Positions 23,539 through 36,326 of a DNA stretch of 64,000 nt are shown here, in pieces. Where the stretch lies: positions 116,163,606-116,227,605 of the forward strand of contig NC_068983.1 in NCBI RefSeq assembly GCF_001194135.2, in the 5' to 3' direction. The notes under the pieces are model-generated. The model was given only the letters and a program-made list of their open reading frames with translations, ran no database searches and was not told where the DNA came from. This DNA comes from Octopus bimaculoides (taxonomy: Eukaryota). Positions within the stretch are counted from its first letter, which is position 1, and each line of letters opens with the position of its first letter. Position numbers and translations under genes: made by a program.

Positions 23539-24659
23539 NNNNNNNNNNNNNNNNNNNNNNNNNNNNNNNNNNNNNNNNNNNNNNNNNNNNNNNNNNNNNN
23601 NNNNNNNNNNNNNNNNNNNNNNNNNNNNNNNNNNNNNNNNNNNNNNNNNNNNNNNNNNNNNNNNNNNNNNNNNNNNNNNNNNNNNNNNNNNNNNNNNNNN
23701 NNNNNNNNNNNNNNNNNNNNNNNNNNNNNNNNNNNNNNNNNNNNNNNNNNNNNNNNNNNNNNNNNNNNNNNNNNNNNNNNNNNNNNNNNNNNNNNNNNNN
23801 NNNNNNNNNNNNNNNNNNNNNNNNNNNNNNNNNNNNNNNNNNNNNNNNNNNNNNNNNNNNNNNNNNNNNNNNNNNNNNNNNNNNNNNNNNNNNNNNNNNN
23901 NNNNNNNNNNNNNNNNNNNNNNNNNNNNNNNNAGTACTATTTGAGAACTGGTGGTCAGTGTAACCACTTCCCCACCCCTCAAAATTGCTGTTCTTGTGGC
24001 AAAATAAGAAAAGATTTATTACCGAATCTTGGGTCGCTGCTACGTTAATTTATGAGATTCTATATTTCTTTGTATTGATAATTACTACTTATTCTTTGGT
24101 ATCTGTATGTCTCAAGAGTCATATATCGGCGGTTCATGGGAAATCTCCGTTCTCTGTGTTGGTAGTGTGTGGTACCATTCGCTCGCTCGCTTTTCTCAAC
24201 ACATACACACAGCGAAGTAAACTCAAGGGACCAAGGGGAAGAACTCTTTCTTATCAACGTGTCTTTTTAAATAATTCACTTTTTTCCCCACCATCTAAAA
24301 AATACATTTTCTCGCAATTTACAGAAATTAAGCGTATTGGCAAGATAGTAAATCTTCACAATTATTTAACACTGGTTTTCCATGCTGGCAAAGTTTACAC
24401 GTGTTTTCTCTGCTTAAGTTCTTATTCAGAGTTACTGTCTTCCTTGACAAGTTAGGAGACCATTTCTCATGTTACATTTTTGGTATGCTTTTTTACGATT
24501 GGATGCTCCTTCTAACACCAACCACCTTACAGAGCGTACTGAGCGCATTGATCATGACACATCCTAAATTATTTCCTGTGGTCATGGAGTTTCATGTTAT
24601 GTGCAACCAAGGCATTAAAACAGAATGACTCTCCCCAGACACAACAAAAAATTCTCTCT

Positions 24660-24990
24660 AGTATAAACTCAAAGCCTGAAATTTTGTGGGAGGGAGCTTA
24701 ACTTATTTTATCAACCCCAAAAGGTAAACTCGATCTCGATGGAATTTGAAGTTAGAATGAAATGCTGCTAAGTAATTTGTCTAGCATGCAAACAACTCTG
24801 CAAGCTTGCCATCTGAATAATAATAATTTTTTTTGTATTATAGGGACAAAGGCCTGAAAATCAAGGGGATGGGGGTAGTTGATTACATTCACCTCAGTGT
24901 TCAACGGGTTCTTATTTCTTGACTCTGAAAGGATGAAAGGCAAAGTCAACCTAAGTGAAACTTAAAGCTGCCTGAAATGCCTTTAACAAT
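24660..24990 (-). mobile_element. Two adjacent degraded SINE family B copies
   Basis: The AGGCCTGAAA..GGG...AAAGG..AAAGTC.AC core appears twice (~24660-24820 and ~24835-24990). Confidence 0.6.
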
Positions 24991-25443
24991 GTTTCTGCCA
25001 ATAATAATAATGGTTTCAAATTTTGGCACAAGGCCAATAATAATAATAATAATAATAATGATAATTATTATTGTAGCAGACCAAACAATTAAAACTTTAT
25101 TTAGTGCAAATTAATTGTGGAAGCTTATCTTGATCTGCAGCTTTATCCTAATCTTAGCTTTGTATAGACAAGTATAATTCTTATGTTATTGTTTCTAATT
25201 GTTAGTTTATGGAAATGCATGGTTGGTTTTATTTGATTACAAGAATTAGGCATTCTTATTACACAGATGGAATTATCATCTTTCTAAACACCTATTTATT
25301 AATTCATGTATAATTTGAATTTTTTCACAAAAAAAAAATTTAAAAATTTAATCTTAGGGGTGCATGTTATGTGTATTTAATTACAATCCCCACATTATGG
25401 AACCCTGCAATAATGAAATAAACTTTTATTATGTTATTTCCAC

Positions 25444-25843
25444 AGATACAGATGTGGCTGTGTGGTAAGAAGCTTGCTTCCCAATCACATAGTTCTGGGT
25501 TCAGTGGCATCTTAGGCAAAAATGTCTTGTGAATGGATTTGGTCGACAGAAACTGAAAGAAGCCTGTTGTGTGTGTGTGTAGATATTGTGTGTAAATATA
25601 TATATGTCTGTGTGTGTGTCTTTGTGTCTGTCCCCCTCCACCACTTGACAACTGGCGTTGGTTTTTTTACATTCCTGTAACATAGTGGTTTGACAAAAAA
25701 AAAAAGAAAAAAGAGACTGATAGAATAATTACCAGGTTTTTTTTTTTTTGGCAGGGAGTACTGGGGTCGATTCATTCGACTAAAAATTCTTCAAGGTGTT
25801 GCCCCAGCATGGTTGCAGTCTAATGACTGAAAAAGTTAAAGAT
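25444..25843 (+). mobile_element. SINE family A, diverged
   Basis: Head, internal (TG)n and tail are recognisable. Confidence 0.8.
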
Positions 25844-27254
25844 AACGGAAAAATATAAAATGAAATATTAAAAATTGGAATGTAGAGGATTATCTCCTCT
25901 TGTGGTTGTGCAACATGGTGTGCTAGAAATAAGGATTATGAACTTGAAAGACAGTCAAAATTAGCATTGTTTATGAACTTTTACACTAAGTTGTATGGCT
26001 TCTGTCATCCCAAATTAGAATAATTTGTTGGAATTATTGAACCAAACAATGCGTAGACAACCATTTTTTCTTAATACTGTTCATATCTGTGCAAGGATAG
26101 TTTTTCACTTCATTATTTTGGAATGGGCAAGCTCAAAAAAAAAGTAAATAAGAGCCATTACAATACAACTGTTTTTGTTGTTATTGATAGTGTAAAACCT
26201 CACCAAGAGTTGGTATTGATGTTGGCTTCTTCACAAGATATTGAAAGATTTTGTAGTTACAAAAATGAATATGCTAATTTAAATAGGGTAGTGGGTGGGG
26301 CATAAGGAATAAGATTCACTGCATTTTTGACTGAGAAAAAAAAATTTCTTTTTACAAATATTCACTACCTTATAAAAACTATATCAGCTAAGCAAATTGA
26401 TTATTTATAACATAAGCTGAACACTATTTCAGAAAATACACTTTTTTGAGATCAGTGAATTTTCGTCACTGGAAAAAGTACATATGTATTTGCATTGGGA
26501 GCCCTTTGCATTGAAGATCGGTGATTGTCATACGATGACGAAGGGTAAATACCCAGAAACCCGGGTCCGTGCGTATTATGTCAGATCGATGATGGGAAGG
26601 ATGACTTCCCTTTGCAAATACTGACAGGGCACAAAAAGTGTGTCAATAGCAAGCTGGAAGAGATGTTCTCCTGGGGCTAAAAGCAACGGTAACATTCACC
26701 CTTAGGGTTTAGCCGCATTTAAGTGGCAAATATACTTCACGTTATCTCTCTTCTCTTTGAACGTATAAAAGACAAATTTAGCTGGGGCAAAATGAGTAAG
26801 ACAAGATAAGGTAAATTTGCGTCTTCAATTCTTCAGAATTACATTTGAGAAAAGACTCATACACATCAATATCCGTCCTTAGTCACCAGAAAGATCAGAA
26901 ATGCAGCAAAAATTTGAAATATCTTGGTCAAATTGAAAGAGGATCCAAGAAAAATGGCACATAATATGAAATTAACAAAACTTAATTAAATCTAAAAACT
27001 CAACATAAAATATTCTCTATAGGTTTCACACGATCTGCTGGCATGGCTCTCTTCATGATATATTTATGCATTATGCAGTTAAAGAGAAGAAATTATTGAA
27101 ATTTGTCATTACTTATTTTGTCCCAGTTTAGACATCATTCTACGAAAATTGAAAAATGATCAAATTAGACAGTGTGGGCAAAAATTGTCTTTGAATCCAC
27201 CAGAGAAAATAATATTGATTGTTAAACACCAAGAATTATTCAGATATTTTATTA

Positions 27255-27413
27255 GCAGGAGTGGTTGTGTGGTAAGTAGCTTGCTTACCAACCACATGGT
27301 TCCGGGTTCAATCCCACTGCGTGGCACCTTGGGCAAGTGTCTTCGACTATAGCCTCGGACCGACCAAAGGCTTGTGAGTGGATTTGGTAGACGGAAACTG
27401 AAAGAAGCCCGTC

Positions 27414-27469
<56 letters not shown>

Positions 27470-27670
27470 TTGTGTGTCTGTGTTTGTCCCCCCAGCATCA
27501 CTTGACAACCGATGGCGGTGTGTTTACATCCCCGTAACTTAGCGGTTTGGCAAAAGAGACCAATGAATAAGTACTAGGCTTCCAAAGAATAAGTCCTGGG
27601 GTTGATTTGCTCAACTAAAGGCGGTGCTCTAGCATGGCCGCAGTCAAATGACTGAAACAAGTAAAGAGTA
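27255..27670 (+). mobile_element. SINE family A
   Basis: Near-consensus copy with internal (TA)n(TG)n. Confidence 0.9.
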
Positions 27671-28027
27671 AACTCAGTTATAATCGGCTGGAGGAAAAAT
27701 TTCTTCTTCTTCAAAAAAAAAAAAGAAAGTATCGTCTGACTGTTTCAAACTCTTTCAACTTCAACTATAGCTATGCTGATCAATTCTTATTCCTTAGATA
27801 ATGCAACAATAGAAAATGATTATATAATACTTGTAATGTCATGGTTTCAGACAGATAGGGAGAAAATAACAAGAAATCAGAAGTTATTCATTTTGCCTCA
27901 GTTACCAATTCTGCCCCATTCTATTAAAACTCTCGAGGCACGGATTACTATTAAGGGGAGAAAACTCTTGCTAGATCGTGTCTTTAAAATTGTTCTTTAA
28001 GAGTTCTATCTGAATACATCTTTTGCC

Positions 28028-28257
28028 TTTTACTTGTTTCAGTCATTAGACTGCGGCTATGCTGGGGCACCGCCTTGAAGAGTTTTTTTTAGTCGAATTA
28101 ATCGACATCAGTGCTTACGTTTTATTAAGCCTGGTACTTATTCTATCGAACTCTATTGCCGAACGGACAAGTTACGGAGACGTAAACACACCAGTACCGT
28201 TTGTCAAGTAGTAGTAGGGAACAAACACAGACAGAAGGACATACACACATATATATA
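28028..28257 (-). mobile_element. SINE family A, 3' half
   Basis: Reverse-complement tail, ending in the internal (TA)n where a pogo-like element begins. Confidence 0.8.
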
Positions 28258-29000
28258 CCGGGATTTTCCGAAAATCCGCCCATCCATTAGATCAGGGGTT
28301 TTCAAATTGTGGTCCGCAAGGACAAGACAGGGGGTCCGTGGACAGCAAATACTTTTTATGGGCAATTTGATTTTATATATGTTTTTTAATCGAAATCTTT
28401 TAATTGACAATAAACCTATTTGTTAAATACTGTTAAATAAATAAATGTAAAAATATATGTCATTTTAAGCAAATATTTATGTATAAATTTTATAAGCGTT
28501 TATAAGGGGGTCCCTAAGGTAAAGCCTGAAATATAAAGGGGTCCGCAAGTCAAAAAGTTTGAAAACCCCAGCATTAGATCACCCATGAGCGTTTATTTGG
28601 ATGGGCGGTTATTTGAGGTTAAAAGTTGAAAAGAGTTAGTGTTCTTGTTTGCATTCTGTTTAGAAGTTCATTAGCTCTACGTCTGTAGATAAATTCAAAG
28701 GGTTTTTATTCTCAATAATGGAGTCGAAAGAAAATATATCAAAACGTGTTCAACGATCATATACCTTTAGTGAAAACTTGAGTGCTATTAAACGAATGAA
28801 AGAATATTCTGGCAGTTTATCTGCTGTGTCAAGAGACAGGTATTAATAGAAAACGATTGAGAGAATGGTGCACAAAAGAAACTGAGTTAATCCATATGTC
28901 AGACAAGAGGAGGTGCAGATCAATTGGTGGAGGTAGAGGGATCTAGAGATTGAACTCTTACAGTGGATTGTTGTTCAGCGTGCAAACAATATAATTTAAA
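28258..29000 (+). mobile_element. pogo/Tigger-like DNA transposon left end with a transposase N-terminal remnant
   Basis: TA|CCGGGATTTTCCGAAAATCCGCCCATCC terminus. ATG 28718 gives MESKENISKRVQRSYTFSENLSAIKRMKEYSGSLSAVSR; after a frameshift GINRKRLREWCTKE..GGGR..IELLQWIVVQRAN, the pattern of pogo/CENP-B-type HTH domains. Confidence 0.72.
28293..28571. mobile_element. hAT MITE nested in the pogo end
   Basis: CATTAGAT|CAGGGGTTTTCAAA...TTTGAAAACCCCAG|CATTAGAT. Confidence 0.92.
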
Positions 29001-29107
29001 ATTATTGTTGCTTGTAGGAATATACTTTTGAATTGGTAAAAAGGTTTGGAATTGAAATGAACAGCTTTAGATGTTCTGATAAATGGATTTTCACTTTCAT
29101 GAAACAG

Positions 29108-29198
29108 AATAAACTGCCTAAGGGACCATGTAGTGGGACTGAACCTGGAACCATATGGTTGGGAAATAAGCTTCTTAGCACATAACCATGCTTGCACC
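29108..29198 (-). mobile_element. SINE family A head fragment
   Basis: GTGGGACTGAACCTGGAACCATATGGTTGGG..AAGCTTCTTAGCACA. Confidence 0.65.
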
Positions 29199-30818
29199 AA
29201 TGTTTATAATTTAAAATACAGCAGAACACATGGCTTTTAATAATATAATATATTAATAAGCAAAGTACATATGAGAATGAGAGGTTGATATTTCTAGACT
29301 CTACAGTCTAAGTGAATGAACTAGTTATTCTCTTGGCATTAACAAGATGACTCAACATTACAGTAACTGAGCATGCCCAAAGAATTGTTTAGCTATATCC
29401 TTTACCCCTGGGCCTATATTTGTGCTATTTTGAAAATAATATTGTAATTCCATTGTTTATTGTGACATACTTGTAGAGACTTATATTTTCAGACTGCTCT
29501 GGGAAAATGTTAATTGAAATAAATTCTGAAGTAAATTTGTTAAGGAACCCTAAATAAAAAATAAAGAAATTAAGGCAATCAAATACAGAAATTGCCTAAA
29601 CTGGTTTTGAAATATCAGTCACTTATTATTATCTGTTTATCTTATGTTCCTTTAAAGGTGAACATTGAAATAAGTAAGCCTTATATATACATTAAGGTAT
29701 TCAAGCATCTGTTGTTATTACAAGATTCTGAAAACTAAATATTTTATTTACTATTTCTTTCTCCATTAATTTGTTGCATTGTTCCAGTATAACCAATCTG
29801 CAATGGTTTAACCAACTAAAGGACCTTTGAGTTTTTGTTGTAGACAGATAATATACAAGTACCAGCTTAAATTGGCATTTAGTGAAGAGAAGCTTCCAGT
29901 GAGCAGCCTACAATTTGATTTCTAGTTGGGGTTATTTCATTTCTTAGGCTGTGTACCTGTATAGGAAAACAAGTATTTAGTTTAGATATTCATGTAGATG
30001 GTTACTAATGCTTCTGTATATTGAAAGACTGAATTATTGAAAATCTAAAAAACAAAACAAATAGATAATCTGTCTGAAGAATTAGTTAAGAGAAAAGGTA
30101 AGCTAACATTGAAAGGCTGTATATGCAGTTGAAAGATACAGTTTTATCCAGTTATTTATTATCAGTTTGGCTCCTGAAATGTTTTGTATAAAATAATATT
30201 CTACATAAATAGCTGATTAACCTCGATTGTCTATTTTCTGGTCTTTTTAAAAGTTGCTTGAAGTGTGAGCCACTTATGTTACAGTACTAAGTTGATAGTT
30301 ACACCCTCATTAATTCATAAATATCATCTACATAATTTCTGAGAACAGATAAAAGTTAAGTTGAAAAAGTGACATCTAAAATTTAGCCAAAGTTCATAGA
30401 AATCTAATAGTAACTCTTTGGAAGCAAAGCCTTACTAATGCTATACTGAAATTGGCCTTGAAGTCAGTCTGGAATTTTAAAGACTGACTGTAAATTGGTA
30501 TAATTGTCTTTAAAGAATTAATAGTGTAGGATTATGTTGACTTTGTAGATCTGTCATTGACATAACAGTTGGATAAAACTTGGTCAACAAGAACTTTTCC
30601 ATTTTTCACTATGAGAATATATTTTCTGTGTATGCATGTAGATGTCAAGGAAACAGGTGGAGTTTTTCTGAGAGATGATAGCATTCATAGCATCTGGCTT
30701 ATGGTCAGCTGCCTCAAGCCATGCTCAAAAACTAACATATCTCATACAAGTAGGTTTAGCTTTTTGTATCTCATAAAATTATGATGAGAGTAAAATAGAT
30801 AAGAAAACACACACACAC

Positions 30819-30853
<35 letters not shown>

Positions 30854-33800
30854 NNNNNNNNNNNNNNNNNNNNNNNNNNNNNNNNNNNNNNNNNNNNNNN
30901 NNNNNNAATGTTATTTCTAAATTGCTCTTCTTTTTTACATCATATATATATATATATATGCATGCATAAATTACTGATATTTTTATTATAAAACTGAAAT
31001 CTGCTAAGTGTTTGTATATTAATAATTATGCTACTAGTATGACCAACAGATGCTGTTTATGTTAGCAGTATGAATGAAGTTAAGAAAATATTCATATTTT
31101 GTTAGTGATTATTAGTCCTGTTGGCTGCTGCTGTTCTGGGATTAGTTGGCATAAGATGCCATTGATGTAAATCTCAGATCATCTTTATGTTGAGAAGTAG
31201 TAATTGGGGAAATGGAACATTTTCAGGGAGTATGATATGTTTCTGTAAACAGGACATTAAATCTTTTGTTTTGACTTGGAAATTAGATATTATTTTTTTA
31301 GTCGTTTTTTTTTTCTTTTCTTTTTTAAACTATATAAACGTTATATAGGATATCATATTAGTCATTTGTTTGAATGTAGGCCAAATGACTTGCAGCTTCA
31401 TGCTTCCAGATGTGGTTTTGGGGACAGATTTTGAGATATTTTTGTATGGGTGCACTGAAGAATAATTTTAACAACAGTTGCAGTTGTATCACAGCTCATA
31501 TTGTGCTGACACTATTAAAACCTGTCTGGTTGACTGGGATTTGTTGTTACCTATGTTCACCATTGCATATCACTGGTTATGTTGGCCAGCATGTTTGGGT
31601 GGGTATCTTTATTTGATTTTAGACACTAATTGTTACTTATGATTTTTGTATATTGAATTTCTTAAGTACAAGGCCAAATTTTGCTGGGAGGGGAGTCCTT
31701 GATAGAATTCATTCCTCTATGTTGCTAGTTCTTATTTTATAGACTCTATAAAAATAACAGTTGGTAGCAGCAGGATTTCAATCAAAACAAACTATACAGA
31801 ACTAAATGCTATGAAGATTTTAAACCCTTCACTCACACTTTTTTTTTATGTCAATAATGATGTGTCATTTCTATTTCTGAGTGAAACAATTTTATCTTTG
31901 CGAAAGTACCTAGAAAAGGCATAAAAGTCGCAATACAATATTTCTATTTCCCTGTAAATCTGACCTATATATGGAATTGTGTTGATGTTTTAGTTTTGTT
32001 TTAATTTGTTCATCTAAACAATGTTTTGCACCACCAAATTTGCATCATAAAATAACATGGATTTATGTTAATGTTTTTATCTAAGTAAATTGTGTCATTA
32101 CTGTTTAAGAATATCTGTGCATATGTGAAGTGAGTTTCATTCTTGTTCTCTCACTCTTTTTGTTCTGTACTTGGTTACTATTAACAAGTGCTTAGTTTAC
32201 TTTGTTTTAACTTTGCGAAAAAGTCGGTACTTCTGTTTGATAGTGAGCAATTTCTGCAAACTAATATACACTACACACCCACATAAATAGTAATAGCAAT
32301 TCTAAGAAGCGGTTTAGCTATATGCATTTCAGATTAGGATTGTCAGAATATAGGATAATCTGAGACACTCTTGAATGTCATACAATACTTCCATACTTTT
32401 CTAAAAATCTGAAAATGTGTCTAAAACTTAAATTACAATTTAAGAACTGTTATACTGTTAGAAAACAAAAATGATTTTTTAGATATGAATACAGTTTTGA
32501 AGAGAATGTGAACAGTTGATCAAATTGATTGCAATGACATGGCAGAGAGATATAAATACAAGTCAACTCTGAGGAGTGTTTAGCTTCAAAGTAAAGAACT
32601 AAATACTCATTCCAGTACTCAAACACTTCCGCTGACTCGTTATCATAATAACCCATAAACTTAACACTTTTGTTTGTTCTGTTATAAATTTTCACTTCAA
32701 AATCTGTGAAGATGTGTAGTTAAGTCCAGTGTTTCAATCCACCCCTATTGTAGTTTTTCGTTGTGACTGTTGACACCTCTCACTTGTAATGTCATCTTTA
32801 TACATTCTGACATTAAGAGAAAACAAATAACAATAAATATGTTTCATATATACAAGGCTCAACTATAGTTAAAGATGGATGTTGTAGAGAATTAGCAGAC
32901 ACCAAGCATGCCCAAAGACTAAGTTTTTCATTTGCATGACACAACTGTGCTAAATGCTAATTCTAGTCAGGGTCCACAGATCTGAAAAATTATCAAAGTA
33001 GCAACAACAAAGTGAGATCCACTCAGTTGATTTTACATGTCTTTTGCATTTAACAAAACAGTTTTGTGCTTATCAAAACAAATTATTATGCAAAGATTGA
33101 GATGTCATTATCATTTGATCAGTGGTTGTATATTTTCAGTAAATCAAATCAGTGACTGGGCTTCAATACTAATTGGCGTCATGTCACAAATTTCCATTTT
33201 GCCTGTTCTAAAACTGTTTTGATTACATTTTAGCAAGTTTGTTGATAATTAAATAACAGGCTGTTGCTGTTTAGCTCTCAAGTGAGCACTGATTAGACTC
33301 TGATCAAAGCTTTCCAGACATGACCGACCTGCCTTATTTTCAGACAATGTATGGCAGGACTACTATATACAATGTATTCGAGGAGAATTTGGCTCCTAAA
33401 AATAGCATCTAAATTCTCCTCAAATGTAGAAGTCACCCCAGTTTATTGAATAACAGGTTTAGCCTTAGGTCAGCTTTGATTGAGTAGATATAATGAGAGT
33501 TCAAGTTGTGACCTTTATGTCTATATATTTAAGACAAACATCATTTGACAAGTTCTTTATTTTTAGGGGTAGATTTGGATGCTTTCTGTTGCATATTGAG
33601 TAACCACTGATGGGGGTCTCTTGGTGTTGTGGTTTGGTAGCAAGATCTCAGTGAACTGAATTTGCTCAAAGGTTTCAGTTCCCTTTTATTCTAATGTTCT
33701 TGAAAAATGGCCAAAAATTACTTGTTTCTTGTTCCATCTCCTTGGAGTTAAAGTAAAATAGATACTTTACATTATCTTTGGATTTACAATACTGAGTGCA

Positions 33801-35199
33801 ATCATTTCCTCTCTATATAAAAATCAGTTCTGCTTCGCAATATCTCATTGCTGAATTAAGTACCAGTGACATATAAGATTATTATAAAATCAAAATCTGC
33901 TAAGTGTTTTTATATTAATAATTATGCTACTAGTATGTGAAATGGTTGGAATTTCAATCAATATCCAACCATTTCACATATGCAGGTCTGGTGGGTTAAC
34001 CAAAGGAAATCATTTTTGGTACTTACATTTTCATTGACTACTGTGTAATGGAATATTCTGCTATAATTTCTTTCAAAGCTTTTCTTTATAAATGATATTG
34101 TTAGATTTATCAAAATTCATAACACTGTAATTGTAGAAAGGTGACATTCTCAGTTCTACATAAATTGAATTGACAAGAGGGCCTCAGTGGTCACACGACC
34201 TGCTGGAAAAAACAGCCAGACTTTCTTCTACTCACACCATACTGTTTTAAATAAGGGAATGAAACTTTTGGTAATATATCCCTGCATATCCATAAAAGAG
34301 ATGGAATGCCTTTAGTTTTGTCTGCTTGATCAGGGTTGGCCTGAGTGAGGCTAAGTAGCATTCTATATAAATGTCTGGTCATTTTTAAACTTTGTTCAAT
34401 AGTCAATGGAGTTCAAAGTATAGCTGATTTTATTTTGCACATTGTTTACTAGTGAAGCTTGATATAGTTTGAAAAAAAAAAAAAAATGATAAAATGAAAT
34501 AGCCCTTTAGAAGAAAATATATTCTGAACTATAATGTATGTTAATGTATAAGTTCCATCAATCTTTTTTTTAAATATGAGCAGTCTAGGATAATAGCAAA
34601 TCTTAGAGGTTTGATGTGACAGAACTAAAAAGAATTAGAAGCAAAGAAATTTTTAATTGTTAATATTTTCTAGAAATAAAACTTTAAAAATTATCCATTA
34701 ATATTTGCTGAGTTGTATTTTCTCTCTCATTGCAAAGAATAAATCTAAATATTCATTCATCTTCTATTTTGGTTCTAAAAGTTTTCAGATGTGTACCCTA
34801 CTATAAATGATTTACGCCAGTTGTTTAGTCTTAAGTCATCATCTTTGACTTAGGATGAAAGATGTTCCATTTGTGAGCCGGTTTTTTTTTCTGCTGTAAA
34901 GCATATATATACCTTATTCAACATGCAATTCCCCGATATGGTGTGAATTGAGTGAGATGAGGCTTTTTCTGACTGGTCGAGCCAACAAGTAGCGATTCTC
35001 CGTGATTGTACTGTAGTACTCACTTAGGAAGTGAACTGGCAGAGTGTCGAGTAAAATATCCAGCAGTATTTGATTAGGTTCTTAATTCAAATTCTACCGA
35101 AATCAAATTTGCCTTTTACCCCTTCTCGTGTCACTGAAATAAACTACCAGTCAAGTACTGGAGTCGATTCCTATAGCGCATTCTAAATGCGAATTGAAG

Positions 35200-35900
35200 T
35201 ATAACACAAGTCCGCCGAGACAACAAAATAAGAATGGTTTTCTAAATTTTTATACTACTAGTGATACAAATTAAAATTACGCGCCAGTTGAAAAGAGTAA
35301 AACTTTCACAAACACAAATGTTTAATATACATATAAGAAATACAAAACAACCATAAATCCCTTTGTATACTATTAAACGATGTTGACAGCAAAATATCAA
35401 TAAACAGTCCGTTACTCACCTTCTGTCAATTATATATTTTTTCTTTGGTGACGCATCACTTATTCCATTAATCCACTTTTTGGACTGTTTACTCGTAACT
35501 TTAAAAAAAACTATATTAACCTCCTTTTTTAAAATTAGAAGTTTAGGGTATTGGCTCTCGTTCTTTTTCAACTTTGGTTTTATCGTTCTCTTCGCGATAG
35601 TGTTTACGTATACAACAGTGACTGTAATTTGTCCTTTGTTTTGTTTTACTTTTAAGATTTCGTTAATCGTAAATTTCTAGCAGGTGTGTGTATGCGAGCG
35701 TGCTTGCTCAAATAACAGCCATGCCTTTAACGGAGGCAGCGCCAATGGTAGCAGCATCTCATGCGACTGTTGCTACTATCGGTTGCCACCAACAGGTACC
35801 ACTCCATCCTCAGTGTGACGTTGGGGGAGGAGCCTGGACGGTTTTTTCGTCTGCTGCTCCTGCTGCTATCTTCTAGCTGTAATGAGAACTTCTCTTGTCG
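35200..35900. promoter_or_regulatory. CpG-rich promoter region upstream of the Pix exon, probably bidirectional
   Basis: CpGs are visibly frequent here against depleted flanks. Motifs: CCAAT 35742-35746, TGACG 35816-35820, GGGGGAGGAG 35823-35832, TGACGCA 35449-35455. A minus-strand donor GAAG|GTGAGT lies at 35420/35419. Confidence 0.55.
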
Positions 35901-36326
35901 CTACATGTGTCTAAAGACTTTTTTTTATTAGGTCTCACTGCTGCAGTATGTCTACATACACATAGAGCTTAGACGTTACGGATGGCTTTTCAAGCCTGCT
36001 TTCTTTTACTATCTTGTTTACTAAGTCTGATTAAGCCATCACTTTTACTCTTCCCTCCGCCATCTTCTAAATATCCTTCCATCTCTTTTCATATTAATTT
36101 CGGTTCATCATTATTAATATCGAACATATCAGGACTGCAAAAATGAATAACAACTCTCGGCATGAACAACACAACGAGGAATATTCATGGAAACAAAAAC
36201 AATAATTACCTCTGCTGTAGCAAAAACATTTTATTTCATATGAGAACGTTTTTCATTACAGTTAGTATTCCAGTATATGTGTGAATTAGCAGGTTCGTCT
36301 GTGATATCAAATAACCCTAGTTAAGG

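Noticed and set aside
19486-23982. Long ORFs made mostly of X, and YIYI/CVCV/THTH ORFs elsewhere
   Set aside because: They are artefacts of N gaps and dinucleotide repeats.
23985-24455. 156-aa plus-strand ORF
   Set aside because: It starts in a SINE B tail and ends in a family C tail, with no recognisable domain; probably a chance ORF.
33925-33980. Helitron 3' end (hairpin then CTAG on the minus strand)
   Set aside because: The CTAG abuts the stem with no spacer and is also present in the upstream 58-bp copy that has no hairpin.
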